In this document: piece by piece, positions 38,577-48,385 of the stretch | How positions within the stretch are numbered: position 1 is the stretch's first letter | Layout of the letters: each line of letters opens with the position of its first letter | From: a virus | Lineage: Duplodnaviria > Caudoviricetes | Strand: one strand, 5' to 3' | DNA: 64,000 nt | Virus record (IMG/VR): IMGVR_UViG_3300028833_000073 | Coordinates: 94,306-158,305 of that record | The notes under the pieces: model-generated | The model's input: only the letters and a program-made list of their open reading frames with translations | Database searches by the model: none | What the model was told of the DNA's origin: nothing | Program-made: the position numbers and the translations under genes

Positions 38577-39134
38577 ATGGATCGAAGAGTAAAAGGAATG
38601 GGTTTTCATAAAGTAGAGTTTAAAGTGTTTGAAGCTGCTTTCATAGATTGTTGTAAGAATCATGGTTTAGGAATGGCTATACAATACAAGGACAGTAATC
38701 CTACTAAAGTATATGAAGAATTACAATTACCTAGAAGAGCAACTAAGGGATCTGCAGGATATGATTTAATGTACCCAATTGATTTGATTATACCTGAAGG
38801 ACGCTCACTAACTTTGCCAACTGGACTATCGTGGACTTCAGGAGGTGAAGAGAATGGATTTTATCTTAGTATATATCCTCGTTCTTCTCTCGGGATCGAA
38901 TTTTCCCTTAGAGAACCAAACCTTGTATCTATTATCGACGAAGACTACTATGGATGTGAATCTAATGGCGGCCATATTATGCTTCATCTTAAGAATGAGG
39001 GAAATGGTGGCTCCTGCTTCATTATTGCTAATACTGCCTATTCTCAGGCAATTGTTTCTAGGTACTATATTTCTGAAGATGATAACGTCACTAATATTAG
39101 AAAAGGCGGAATCGGATCAACAACAAAAGAATGA
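38577..39134 (+). CDS. dut: Trimeric dUTPase
   Basis: PRRATKGSAGYDL, PRSSLG, IIDEDYYG, RKGGIGST. Confidence 0.92.
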   Translation: MDRRVKGMGFHKVEFKVFEAAFIDCCKNHGLGMAIQYKDSNPTKVYEELQLPRRATKGSAGYDLMYPIDLIIPEGRSLTLPTGLSWTSGGEENGFYLSIYPRSSLGIEFSLREPNLVSIIDEDYYGCESNGGHIMLHLKNEGNGGSCFIIANTAYSQAIVSRYYISEDDNVTNIRKGGIGSTTKE

Positions 39135-39171
39135 CTAAATAAATATAACACTCCTAGGGTTTCCTAGGAGT

Positions 39172-39225
39172 AAACTTTTTCTTAGCGACATATTATATAT
39201 GTGGTGGTATTGGGTAAATGTTTAA
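39172..39225 (+). repeat. 54-bp exact direct repeat: early promoter plus leader (copy 3 of 5)
   Basis: Identical to 40442-40495. Confidence 0.9.
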
Positions 39226-39242
39226 TAGAAAGGATGTTTTAA

Positions 39243-40412
39243 ATGAGTGTATTTAACAACAACGAAGCAAAAAAGAACTATGATGAGAATGGTAACTGGT
39301 GTACTGATTATGAGAATATGGAGGTATCATTTGACAAGTTACGTATTCCGGAAAATGAAAAAGATTTTATGAGATTTCATAAAAGATTTATGAAAGAATG
39401 TGGAGCATTTGTAGAAGGAATGACAAGGATTCCTAATAAGGTAATTTGGAGTCAGCCTTCTATGGAAGAAGAATATGAAAAAGGACCTATTCTTGAAGGT
39501 TATGAAGAATGGTCCAAAGAAGGTGATGAAGAAGAAGAAGATGATGATGAGACAGAGTATTATCAGATTATCTTTGGTAAGTATCCAACAATGAATGACA
39601 AAGTACTTTATTATGATAGACCAATACTTATAGCAACATTTCCTATTCCTTCATTACCTGATAAACATGCTGCAATGATGATCACCAGCATTGGTAATAA
39701 GAAGGTGGACAGATATGATGCTATTCTGAAAGATTGGAAAGAAGAAGGACTTAAAAAGAAATCTGCTGCAAAGTGTGACTCAATAAGATCTTTGGATATG
39801 ATAAAGGTAAGAAGGCATGTAGGTTTTCTTACTATGAGAGATGTTGTTACTGTAACTAATAAGATTTTTCTGTTTCAGAAAGAAGCATTTAATAATCCAT
39901 GGAACTTCCTTAACTGGTGTATCATGGTCAATGTTACTAATAGTGTAGGTGAGGGTAAAAACAATATTCAGAAGATCAAGTCTTTGGAAGATATTTCAAA
40001 TAATCATGATGCAAACTGTGTTGATATTGCAATAGCGGTTTATCAGATCTGTAAGTCTGCAAAAATTGACGCAACAATCGGATGGGTTAAGTTTATTTAT
40101 AATGAACACAAGACAAGAGGTCATCTTTTCTGTGTCTTTAAACATAAAGGAGCGATCTATAGTTTCCAATATATTCCTGATATTCCTTTGTGCCGTATTG
40201 AAAAATATGATGATAAGGAATATATCGAGGTAATTAAGAAAGAAGGAGATATTATTCATTCTTATATTGATAAACATGAAAAGGCTGAATCTGATGTAAG
40301 ATATTATGAGTTTGATAAGAGTGATCTTAAGAAGTGTACTGATACTGTATATCTTAAGACACATAACCAGAGACAGTTTCTTGATAGTGTTTGGCCAGAT
40401 ACTGTAGTCTGA
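39243..40412 (+). CDS. PemK/MazF-like domain fused to transglutaminase-like (Cys-His) domain, with acidic N-terminal region
   Basis: RPILI...ITS...DWKEEGLKKKSAAKCDSIRSLD...VGFL; ANCVDIA...GHLFCVF. Confidence 0.62.
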   Translation: MSVFNNNEAKKNYDENGNWCTDYENMEVSFDKLRIPENEKDFMRFHKRFMKECGAFVEGMTRIPNKVIWSQPSMEEEYEKGPILEGYEEWSKEGDEEEEDDDETEYYQIIFGKYPTMNDKVLYYDRPILIATFPIPSLPDKHAAMMITSIGNKKVDRYDAILKDWKEEGLKKKSAAKCDSIRSLDMIKVRRHVGFLTMRDVVTVTNKIFLFQKEAFNNPWNFLNWCIMVNVTNSVGEGKNNIQKIKSLEDISNNHDANCVDIAIAVYQICKSAKIDATIGWVKFIYNEHKTRGHLFCVFKHKGAIYSFQYIPDIPLCRIEKYDDKEYIEVIKKEGDIIHSYIDKHEKAESDVRYYEFDKSDLKKCTDTVYLKTHNQRQFLDSVWPDTVV

Positions 40413-40441
40413 TTATAAAGGGAGAGGATTATTCCTCTCCC

Positions 40442-40495
40442 AAACTTTTTCTTAGCGACATATTATATATGTGGTGGTATTGGGTAAATGTTTAA
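40442..40495 (+). repeat. 54-bp exact direct repeat: early promoter plus leader (copy 4 of 5)
   Basis: Identical to 39172-39225. Confidence 0.9.
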
Positions 40496-40563
40496 AGAAG
40501 GTGATAAATAATTAACTATGATACAACTAAAGTATTAATGTATAATAAGAAAGGAGTTTAACA

Positions 40564-41070
40564 ATGAGTGAAGTAAAGTATAATTCAAAGGGACAGAGAT
40601 TGGTAGATCCACCGTTTAGAATTGTTACGGCGGATGATGCACAGAAAGTAATGGTAGCACAGGCTAATAAAGCCAGAGAAGATGATCCAAAACAGCATAG
40701 AATGTACTTGATTATGTGGGTGTATAATGATGGTAGTGGTGATAAGGGATTTGAGTTTGTACAAGGTCAAGCAAATGCAAGACAGCTTATCAAGAATCTC
40801 ATTGATCAGATTGATATCAAACAGTCATTCATAATCAATGAGGTTACACCATTTGGAGAAGATGGAGGGAAACCTTCCATCTATACTTTCATGAAAGCTC
40901 TTGAGCCATACTATAATGATGGATTCTTAATTGATGAGTATCTTGAAGCAGATACAATTGATAAAGAATTCGAGAGAATGCAAAATATGACGATTGGAGA
41001 TTTGCCAGAGATCAATACTGAACAACAGATTCAGAATACTCTGGCTCATTATGAATCGGAGGGCAATTAA
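40564..41070 (+). CDS. Hypothetical protein (N-terminal RLVDPPF motif)
   Basis: AGAAAGGAG RBS. Confidence 0.8.
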   Translation: MSEVKYNSKGQRLVDPPFRIVTADDAQKVMVAQANKAREDDPKQHRMYLIMWVYNDGSGDKGFEFVQGQANARQLIKNLIDQIDIKQSFIINEVTPFGEDGGKPSIYTFMKALEPYYNDGFLIDEYLEADTIDKEFERMQNMTIGDLPEINTEQQIQNTLAHYESEGN

Positions 41071-41745
41071 ATGAATGAGCGTAATAACAACAATAGAGGA
41101 AATGGAGATAAAGGAAAGAAGAAAGATCAAAGAAGTTATTACAATAGACCTGTAATGGGTATGAGTGAACAAGAAAAGAGAAAAGAGTTAAAACCATTCA
41201 TGGATCAGAAACATCTGTTAGCCAAATTAAAGGCTAAGTATGGTGAGAATTTCCCAAATATAGCAGATGTGATGAATGAGTTTAATAGTGATGTCCAGAT
41301 AGATATCCTTATTAGACAGATATATACAGGTAAATTCAACTTCCACGAGTATGGTAAGTATTTATTGCATCCGGTGATTCTTGGTAAGATTGAGGACAGA
41401 GTTGCTAGACGTGCAATCAATGCAACCATACATGTATTCTCTTTCGATGCTATAAATGCAATGAATCCTCAAGTGGTATTCAATTGGGGTATTACTCCGA
41501 AAGAGTTATTCGACTCATATAATCATGACACAGCCATTAAGATTGCTTTAGATATTGTCCTTGACTCATTAAGACAAACAAGGATGATAAAGCAACAGAT
41601 GGATCAAGCTTATATGATGCAGTATGGACAGTTACCAGACTATAATCAAGTATTTGGACAGATTATAGCTCCTATCCAAACAGCATCTTATAGGATTACT
41701 AATGAAAGGACTCAGGATAACCTTAGACTGAAAGATCATTTATAA
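41071..41745 (+). CDS. Hypothetical protein
   Basis: GGAGGG RBS, coupled to upstream gene. Confidence 0.75.
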   Translation: MNERNNNNRGNGDKGKKKDQRSYYNRPVMGMSEQEKRKELKPFMDQKHLLAKLKAKYGENFPNIADVMNEFNSDVQIDILIRQIYTGKFNFHEYGKYLLHPVILGKIEDRVARRAINATIHVFSFDAINAMNPQVVFNWGITPKELFDSYNHDTAIKIALDIVLDSLRQTRMIKQQMDQAYMMQYGQLPDYNQVFGQIIAPIQTASYRITNERTQDNLRLKDHL

Positions 41746-41792
41746 GCTCCTAGACATCTAGGTAATCTACAAAATAAATGGAGGTTACCTAG

Positions 41793-42188
41793 ATGACTAA
41801 AGAAAATGTGAATTTCATCAAGAATGCAGTCACTAAGATCTTTCCTAATAAAGCTATTAGGGTAAGACTTGATAATGACTTCTCGATGAATGAAAGAACT
41901 GAATATATACACTGGGATGATAATAAGGAGCTTATCACTCAGGTATATAGAAACGATGAAGCAACTACTCAACGTGATCGTCCATTCAGAATTGTATGGG
42001 CAGATTATGATCAGATTCAACATATTGAAGTAGATGCTTCAATGGATGATTTCCCTTCTATCGCAAAAGACTGTGGATTCACTGATGATCAGATTAATCT
42101 TATGATGAGAGGACTTATCTTCAGTATCGAAGATTATTCTGATTCTATCGGTAATCATGTTAAGGGTCGTCGCGATGTAGTGACCTAA
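41793..42188 (+). CDS. Hypothetical protein
   Basis: GGAGG RBS; GACA-tctagg-TA promoter. Confidence 0.75.
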   Translation: MTKENVNFIKNAVTKIFPNKAIRVRLDNDFSMNERTEYIHWDDNKELITQVYRNDEATTQRDRPFRIVWADYDQIQHIEVDASMDDFPSIAKDCGFTDDQINLMMRGLIFSIEDYSDSIGNHVKGRRDVVT

Positions 42189-42238
42189 TCAGGTTATAAT
42201 GTGTCGTAAAAAATCAAGACCAAAAAAGATTTCAACGA

Positions 42239-42266
42239 CATATTATATATGTGGTGGTATTGGGTA
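42239..42266 (+). promoter_or_regulatory. Early promoter plus conserved leader (copy 5 of 5)
   Basis: CATATTAT-atat-GTGGTGGTATTGGGTA. Confidence 0.8.
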
Positions 42267-42309
42267 AATATCGCCAAAATAACACAATCTATTTAAGGAG
42301 GAAGATCTT

Positions 42310-43281
42310 ATGTATTACCAAAATCCTAATGTTTATGGTGGTTATCCTGCACAGCCTTATGTTGTGAATCCTGGGGTACCGACTTATGTACCGCCAGCTC
42401 CTGTGGCTGTAAGCAGGAAGGAGAACCCCATTGGGAAGGAAGGTTACGAATTGTTAAGGAGGAAAGGAGGAAGTAAGTTAGATTTCTTCGCATCTCGTGA
42501 AGAGGTAACTCGGACTATGTGTGATCATACTTACGGTGGCCAGTTCCAGTTTGATACCGAAGATTATGATCGTGGTATTTATCGTTGCCGTATTTGTGGT
42601 TCTGTAATAAATCTTGGTGTTAACTATAGTCCCGATGTGATTAGGAATATTCTTGATTACACTGAGAACGCATGGGATAACATGAAGGTTAGGAACAATG
42701 GTGTTATTTCTAATGACATCATTCAGGATATGGCAAAAGCTCTTGTTCTCTTGAAGAGGCTTCCGGCTGCTATGGAAGCAGTTGATAAGAACTTCTCTAG
42801 GAATGAGGCAGCTCAGCAGAATCTTGGTTATCGTGGTTTTAACACAGCTCAGACCGCATTGAATATGATTAATGGTAATGGAGGGTATTCGTATACTCCT
42901 TCATTCAATCCTATGCCGAGTGGACCTATGGGCGGATTCATGGGTAATCCGTTTATGGGACCTAATCCGAATATGCCTGTAGGACCTGTACCGATGGCTC
43001 CTCAGGCACCAGCTCCTGGTCCGATGTACATGGCACCTCAGGCTCAACAGGCAATGTATCCTGTAGCGACTGGTCAGCAGATGTATGTCGATCCTTACAA
43101 TGGCGTAACTTATCCGATGCCGCAGGGACAGCCTGCGCCTCAGCCTCAGGTACCTCAGTATGCAGCTCCTCCTCAGGCAGCAGGAACTGTAGTACCGGAA
43201 CCTCAGACTCAGGCAACACCTCAGGCTCCGACTGTAACACCGGCTTCCAAACATGAGATCCGTAAGGGTTATACCCATTGA
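42310..43281 (+). CDS. Zinc-finger protein (CxH...CxxC) with Pro/Gln/Tyr/Met-rich disordered ends
   Basis: MCDH...CRICG; long PQ-rich C-terminus; AAGGAGG RBS. Confidence 0.75.
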   Translation: MYYQNPNVYGGYPAQPYVVNPGVPTYVPPAPVAVSRKENPIGKEGYELLRRKGGSKLDFFASREEVTRTMCDHTYGGQFQFDTEDYDRGIYRCRICGSVINLGVNYSPDVIRNILDYTENAWDNMKVRNNGVISNDIIQDMAKALVLLKRLPAAMEAVDKNFSRNEAAQQNLGYRGFNTAQTALNMINGNGGYSYTPSFNPMPSGPMGGFMGNPFMGPNPNMPVGPVPMAPQAPAPGPMYMAPQAQQAMYPVATGQQMYVDPYNGVTYPMPQGQPAPQPQVPQYAAPPQAAGTVVPEPQTQATPQAPTVTPASKHEIRKGYTH

Positions 43282-43393
43282 TCTCTTAAAGTAGACAATA
43301 ATAGACTTGAGGAGAGCATTAGGCTCTCCTCTTGTCTTAACATATATTTTTTTATATTAGTACATACGACATGATAATGAAGGAGTTGATTAG

Positions 43394-45715
43394 ATGAGGT
43401 CATATACTGATGCTGAACGAAAGAAAGCAGAAGAATATTCAAAAGAAATAGTAACTATTGATAATTTTATGGAGGCAGTAAGAAAGACCCTAGGTCAGTA
43501 TATATCATATACTGGTACTAAGGGATGGATTAATGCCTGTAGAGAAGTTATTCAGAATATATTAGATGAGATGAATGATATTAACTCATTTTGTGATATG
43601 GGTTGGGTCTACTTTGATGAGAGAACTCAACAGATTGTATGTAGAGATAATGGTAGAGGTATTCCTCTTAAGGATATTGAAAGAGTATATGCTAGTCAGC
43701 ATACATCGAAGAACTATGAGAAAGCTAAAGGTAATTATACCAGTGGTTCTCATGGTGTTGGTGCTAAGGTAACTAATGCAGTATCATCTGAGTTTGTTGT
43801 AGAGTCTCATGTCTTTGGAGAAACTAGAAAGGTAGTATTCCATAATGGAGAAATCTATAAAGATTCAGGAATAAAGAAGGATAAGGAGAATATTCAGGGT
43901 ACTATAGTCTCTGCTATACCTCATCCTTGTATGGAGAATCCTCAAGTCAAATGTGAGGATTTGTTAAACCTCTTAGAGAGTATTGTTCCTTTATACAAGA
44001 TAGGTACTAAGATCTATTTTGAAGGAACTAGACTGGATGGCACTGTAGTAAAACGCAACATAGTAAATCAGGATGGTTTACTTACATACTTGATTAGACA
44101 GACTACTAATCCACTCATCACACCTATAGTAATGAGTGGTGATACAGGGGATGTTAAGGCTGAGATTGCATTGACTTATGATGCTACAGACTTATCTGGA
44201 TTACCTGTAATAGAATCATATGCTAACTATTGTCCTACCTTGATGGGCACTCATGTGGATGGTTTTGTAAATGGTTTATGTAACTTCTTTAGAAACTACA
44301 TGAACAAGATTTACTTAGGCTCTGCTGATAAGGATAAGAAGAAGAAAAAGGTAGTAATAGTTAATGCGGATATCAAGTGTGGTCTTAAGTCAGTAGTACA
44401 TGGATTGTGTTTGTATCCGACCTTCATGGGACAGGCTAAAGAAGGTATCTCTAATAAGGAGATCAAAGAATATCTTGAGAAGCAAGTACCGATATGGTTG
44501 GAGGAATGGTCTAAGAAGGCTCCTAAAGATTTCCTCACTCTCTGCAAGTATTTCAAACAGCAAGCAGAGATAAGAATGAATCAAGATAAAGAGAGAGCTA
44601 AGATAGTAGAGACCTATAAGAAGAATAGATTGACAGATATGCCAGAGAAGTTCCTGGATAACAATGATCATAATTCTCCTGAACAAGAGTTAATCATTGT
44701 AGAAGGGGATTCAGCATTTGGTTCTTACAAGAATACAAGGGATCCTAATACTCAGGCTCTATATCCTGTTAGAGGTAAGTTTATCAATGTCTTTAGTAAC
44801 TCTGAATCTAAGATCTATGCTAATCAGGAATTCCAAGAATTAGATAAGATTATTGGAGGAGGATTAGGTGCTAAGTTTGATATAACCAAGGTAAGATGGA
44901 AAAGGATTATGTTCGGAGTTGATGCTGATATAGATGGATATCATATCAGAACTCTCTTAGCTAAGTACATAATCAAGTATAAGCCAGGACTCATGGAGTC
45001 TGGCAGGGTGTATATCACTGTACCTCCTCTCTATGGAGTGAAGCAGTCTAATGGTAAGATGAAATACTTTATTGATAAGCTAGATTTCATCAGATGGGTA
45101 GAGAAGGACTTCATTAAGAAGGTACCTGTATACAGATTTGATGGTAGCTCTATCAATCAAAGTGATCTTATCAAGATTCTATATGATAATGAGGAATATG
45201 CTAAAGAGATGGATAAGATTGCATATGCAACTAATCCTCACTTCTTAGAGTATGTCCTTAGAATCAGGAATAGGCCAGTAGAAGATCTTTCAAGACTTAT
45301 TAAGAAGAGATATCCGTTCTTGGAATATATAAGGATGGAAGGTAATACTCTTGTGATAAGATGCCTTGTAGAACAGAAAATCAATACAGTCTTCTTGAAT
45401 GAAAGATTCATAGCTCAGTGTAGTAAGATCATTCCTTATATTGATAAGAACTACACTAGATTTGTAATCAATGACAAGGTTACAGGACTGTATGGTCTTA
45501 TGAAGACCTTTGATAACTTTAGTCCAGTTGTAGTAAGATATAAAGGGTTAGGTGAAATGAATGAAGAACAACTAGCAGAATCAACCCTATATCCTACACC
45601 AAACAGAATGCTCATCAGATACACCATCAATAACTTTGAAGCAGATCTTAATCAGATCAAGTATCTTGAATCTAATAAGCAAGAGCTGCTTAGTAGTTTT
45701 GAGTCTGATGACTAA
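43394..45715 (+). CDS. gyrB: Type IIA topoisomerase subunit B (GyrB/ParE-like)
   Basis: EVIQNILDE, DNGRGIP, GSHGVG, VEGDSA, PVRGK, DADIDGYHI, RYKGLGEM. Confidence 0.93.
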   Translation: MRSYTDAERKKAEEYSKEIVTIDNFMEAVRKTLGQYISYTGTKGWINACREVIQNILDEMNDINSFCDMGWVYFDERTQQIVCRDNGRGIPLKDIERVYASQHTSKNYEKAKGNYTSGSHGVGAKVTNAVSSEFVVESHVFGETRKVVFHNGEIYKDSGIKKDKENIQGTIVSAIPHPCMENPQVKCEDLLNLLESIVPLYKIGTKIYFEGTRLDGTVVKRNIVNQDGLLTYLIRQTTNPLITPIVMSGDTGDVKAEIALTYDATDLSGLPVIESYANYCPTLMGTHVDGFVNGLCNFFRNYMNKIYLGSADKDKKKKKVVIVNADIKCGLKSVVHGLCLYPTFMGQAKEGISNKEIKEYLEKQVPIWLEEWSKKAPKDFLTLCKYFKQQAEIRMNQDKERAKIVETYKKNRLTDMPEKFLDNNDHNSPEQELIIVEGDSAFGSYKNTRDPNTQALYPVRGKFINVFSNSESKIYANQEFQELDKIIGGGLGAKFDITKVRWKRIMFGVDADIDGYHIRTLLAKYIIKYKPGLMESGRVYITVPPLYGVKQSNGKMKYFIDKLDFIRWVEKDFIKKVPVYRFDGSSINQSDLIKILYDNEEYAKEMDKIAYATNPHFLEYVLRIRNRPVEDLSRLIKKRYPFLEYIRMEGNTLVIRCLVEQKINTVFLNERFIAQCSKIIPYIDKNYTRFVINDKVTGLYGLMKTFDNFSPVVVRYKGLGEMNEEQLAESTLYPTPNRMLIRYTINNFEADLNQIKYLESNKQELLSSFESDD

Positions 45716-45767
45716 TAAGTAAACAGGAGAGGGCACTGTTCAGTGCCCTTTTATTTTTGTTAATGAG

Positions 45768-47375
45768 GTGATATGTATGCCAGTGGTATTAGATAGAATC
45801 TTTGCTGGTAATAGCACATTTTTTATCAGTAAGAATAATGAAGTTTATACTTGTGGTTGTAATAAGTATGGTCAGCTAGGGTTAGGTCATAATAAAGATG
45901 TACTAGAGGCAGTTAAGACTGACTTCATGCATGTAGATAAGGTCTATTGTGGAGAGCATCATAATATCTTTGTTACTACAGTGAAGACTGGATATGGTGC
46001 TGGTAATAATCAGTATGGTCAGCTAGGTATCGGTACAATATCTGACTATGAAAATGTACCTAAACCATTGTTTATAAGAGATATTGAAGGTGTAGGATTC
46101 TGTGGTCTATATACTATCTTTATACAGACTAACAATATCATTTCTATAAGTGGAGCCGCACCTAGTGAGAATATAGTAAGAAGTAGTCCAGTATATGAAT
46201 CTGACTTAGGGTCTATTATTGTAGCAGATGGTAGTTCATTAGTAGTAGATACCATGAGAGATAGACCACATGTCTTAGGCAAGAATCAATATGGATGTCT
46301 TGGTAACTTCACTATCAATAGTATTCCAGAAGAGAAAGAGATATCAACCTTTACTGGAATCAGTAAGATAGATAAGATATTATGTGGTGGAGAGCATGTT
46401 GTTATCCTTAGCAATGAATCAGTATATACTATGGGTAACAATGAGAAACATCAACTAGGGTATGATAGTCCAGAGACATACATGTCCACTCCAGGTATCA
46501 TTAATATCAATGACATTGCTGATATAGCTGTAGGATATGAGCACACTCTATTACTTACTAAAGATGGTAAAGTATATGGCTTTGGTAGTAATCAGTATGG
46601 ACAGCTAGGACTAGCATCAAGACCATCAATAGTAAAGACTCCTACCCTATTGATGGAAGATGCAATGAAGATCTATTGTGGTGAATATAACTCCTTTATA
46701 GTAAAGAAGTCAGGATCTATATTCATGAGTGGATACAATAGAGATGGTCAGCTAGGTATTGGACATAAGATAGATATACCCACATGGATAGTACATCCAT
46801 TCTTTACTTTTGATACTGATGTAGAGAACTTACCTCTTCCAGAAAATATAGAAGAAGAATTTATCTGTGGTAATATCAAGCACAATATAATCATAGAGTA
46901 TAGTAGTGATGGTAAAGATATGATGTATACCAAGTGCTATATATCTACTCCATCTATGAATAAGGTAGCACAGAATGGACCTACATTCTCTAATAGATAC
47001 AATACTAATACTATACACTTTATAGGAGAACATGCTAAGTATAATGCTGAGACTCTACTAGCAGAAGCTAAGTCATATATTAAGAATCATACAGTATTCC
47101 ATAGAGAAGCAGTATATAAGACAGTAACCACTATCACATTCAATAATGGAACTACTATAAAGAGAGATGGAGATCTATCTGAAGAAGAGTGCATGGCTAT
47201 AGCTAAAGAATACATAGAGAACAAGTATAAGATCCTTAAAGGCAGGGTCAAATACTATCAGTCTCATGAGTTCTATCATAACTATGTACTAGGTGATCCA
47301 TTATGGAAACCTAAGTATGGATCCGAAATATATGCTCTATCAGAACTAGATCCTAACGAATACAATACTTATTAA
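45768..47375 (+). CDS. RCC1/BLIP-II repeat beta-propeller protein
   Basis: Repeated GxNxYGQLGxG and xGxxH motifs. Confidence 0.88.
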   Translation: MICMPVVLDRIFAGNSTFFISKNNEVYTCGCNKYGQLGLGHNKDVLEAVKTDFMHVDKVYCGEHHNIFVTTVKTGYGAGNNQYGQLGIGTISDYENVPKPLFIRDIEGVGFCGLYTIFIQTNNIISISGAAPSENIVRSSPVYESDLGSIIVADGSSLVVDTMRDRPHVLGKNQYGCLGNFTINSIPEEKEISTFTGISKIDKILCGGEHVVILSNESVYTMGNNEKHQLGYDSPETYMSTPGIININDIADIAVGYEHTLLLTKDGKVYGFGSNQYGQLGLASRPSIVKTPTLLMEDAMKIYCGEYNSFIVKKSGSIFMSGYNRDGQLGIGHKIDIPTWIVHPFFTFDTDVENLPLPENIEEEFICGNIKHNIIIEYSSDGKDMMYTKCYISTPSMNKVAQNGPTFSNRYNTNTIHFIGEHAKYNAETLLAEAKSYIKNHTVFHREAVYKTVTTITFNNGTTIKRDGDLSEEECMAIAKEYIENKYKILKGRVKYYQSHEFYHNYVLGDPLWKPKYGSEIYALSELDPNEYNTY

Positions 47376-47464
47376 TCTCAAGCTCCTGGAGAAATCCAGG
47401 AGCAAATTTATTTTCGTAAATATATTATAACTGGGATATAAGGAATAATGCTATTTAGAGGTGA

Positions 47465-48145
47465 TTGATAATGAAATACACTAAAAGAAACTTATACTAT
47501 ATTCCTGGTACAGATATTAGAGATTTCTCTAAAGAAAACTTAATGGCTCATAATGATAAGATGTATGATATCTTTTATGATGGTGAAGTAGTTTCTATGA
47601 ATAATAAGTGGTCTGGAAAGACAATATCATTCACTAAGATAGAACCAGGTAATCTTATCATAATCAAGGTTCATGATAATAGAGCACCTGAAATAGAGTT
47701 GTTTACTCCACCATCCACTATCAATCCAAGATATCCATTATGGGCCTATCTTACTTGGCCTAGGACAAGAATTACAGACAATGAGAAGAAGTATGAAGAG
47801 GTATTTGCACTTAAGAGAAAGGAGGCTCCTGTATATGAGATAAGAGAAGACAAAGTTAAACTATTCTATCTTGTTAGCTATGATGATAACTATAACTTAG
47901 ATTCTAATAAAATACTCAAAGGTTATTGTTATCTTAGTCCAGAAGCAACCAATATAGATACAGCAGAAGTAGTCATGACTCTCTTGTCTAAAGGAATCAA
48001 AGGACATGAGTGGATTATCAGTGTCTTAGGATATCCTGATAAGAGATATGACTTGATAGCTAATGAGATTAAGCCTTATGATGATTGCATTACTATTGAA
48101 GATAAGATGCAATGGCTCAAGGAATATATCTTGAAATACAAGTGA
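47465..48145 (+). CDS. Hypothetical early protein
   Basis: TATATTAT promoter near 47421, GAGGTG RBS. Confidence 0.75.
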   Translation: MIMKYTKRNLYYIPGTDIRDFSKENLMAHNDKMYDIFYDGEVVSMNNKWSGKTISFTKIEPGNLIIIKVHDNRAPEIELFTPPSTINPRYPLWAYLTWPRTRITDNEKKYEEVFALKRKEAPVYEIREDKVKLFYLVSYDDNYNLDSNKILKGYCYLSPEATNIDTAEVVMTLLSKGIKGHEWIISVLGYPDKRYDLIANEIKPYDDCITIEDKMQWLKEYILKYK

Positions 48146-48154
48146 CTATTTAAT

Positions 48155-48317
48155 AAGGGAGATTTGATACTGCGAGCATCACTTCTCCTATTATCATCAT
48201 TAAGGTGATGACGGATTTCTACTAGTCTGGGATTTATAGTAGACGATGCTAGTTGTGATAGGAAGGTGGTATTACCCTAGGTACCATCTTCTCTATTACG
48301 ACTAAATTATTTTTTTT
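48155..48317 (+). ncRNA. Putative structured ~160-nt RNA (four consecutive hairpins)
   Basis: GACT-atttaa-TA at 48144-48155; successive inverted repeats; T-tract end. Confidence 0.5.
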
Positions 48318-48385
48318 CTCGTTATTTACATTTATATAATCAGTGCCGTTAGTTTTTAATTGTTTTCAAAGGAGTATTGTGAGCT

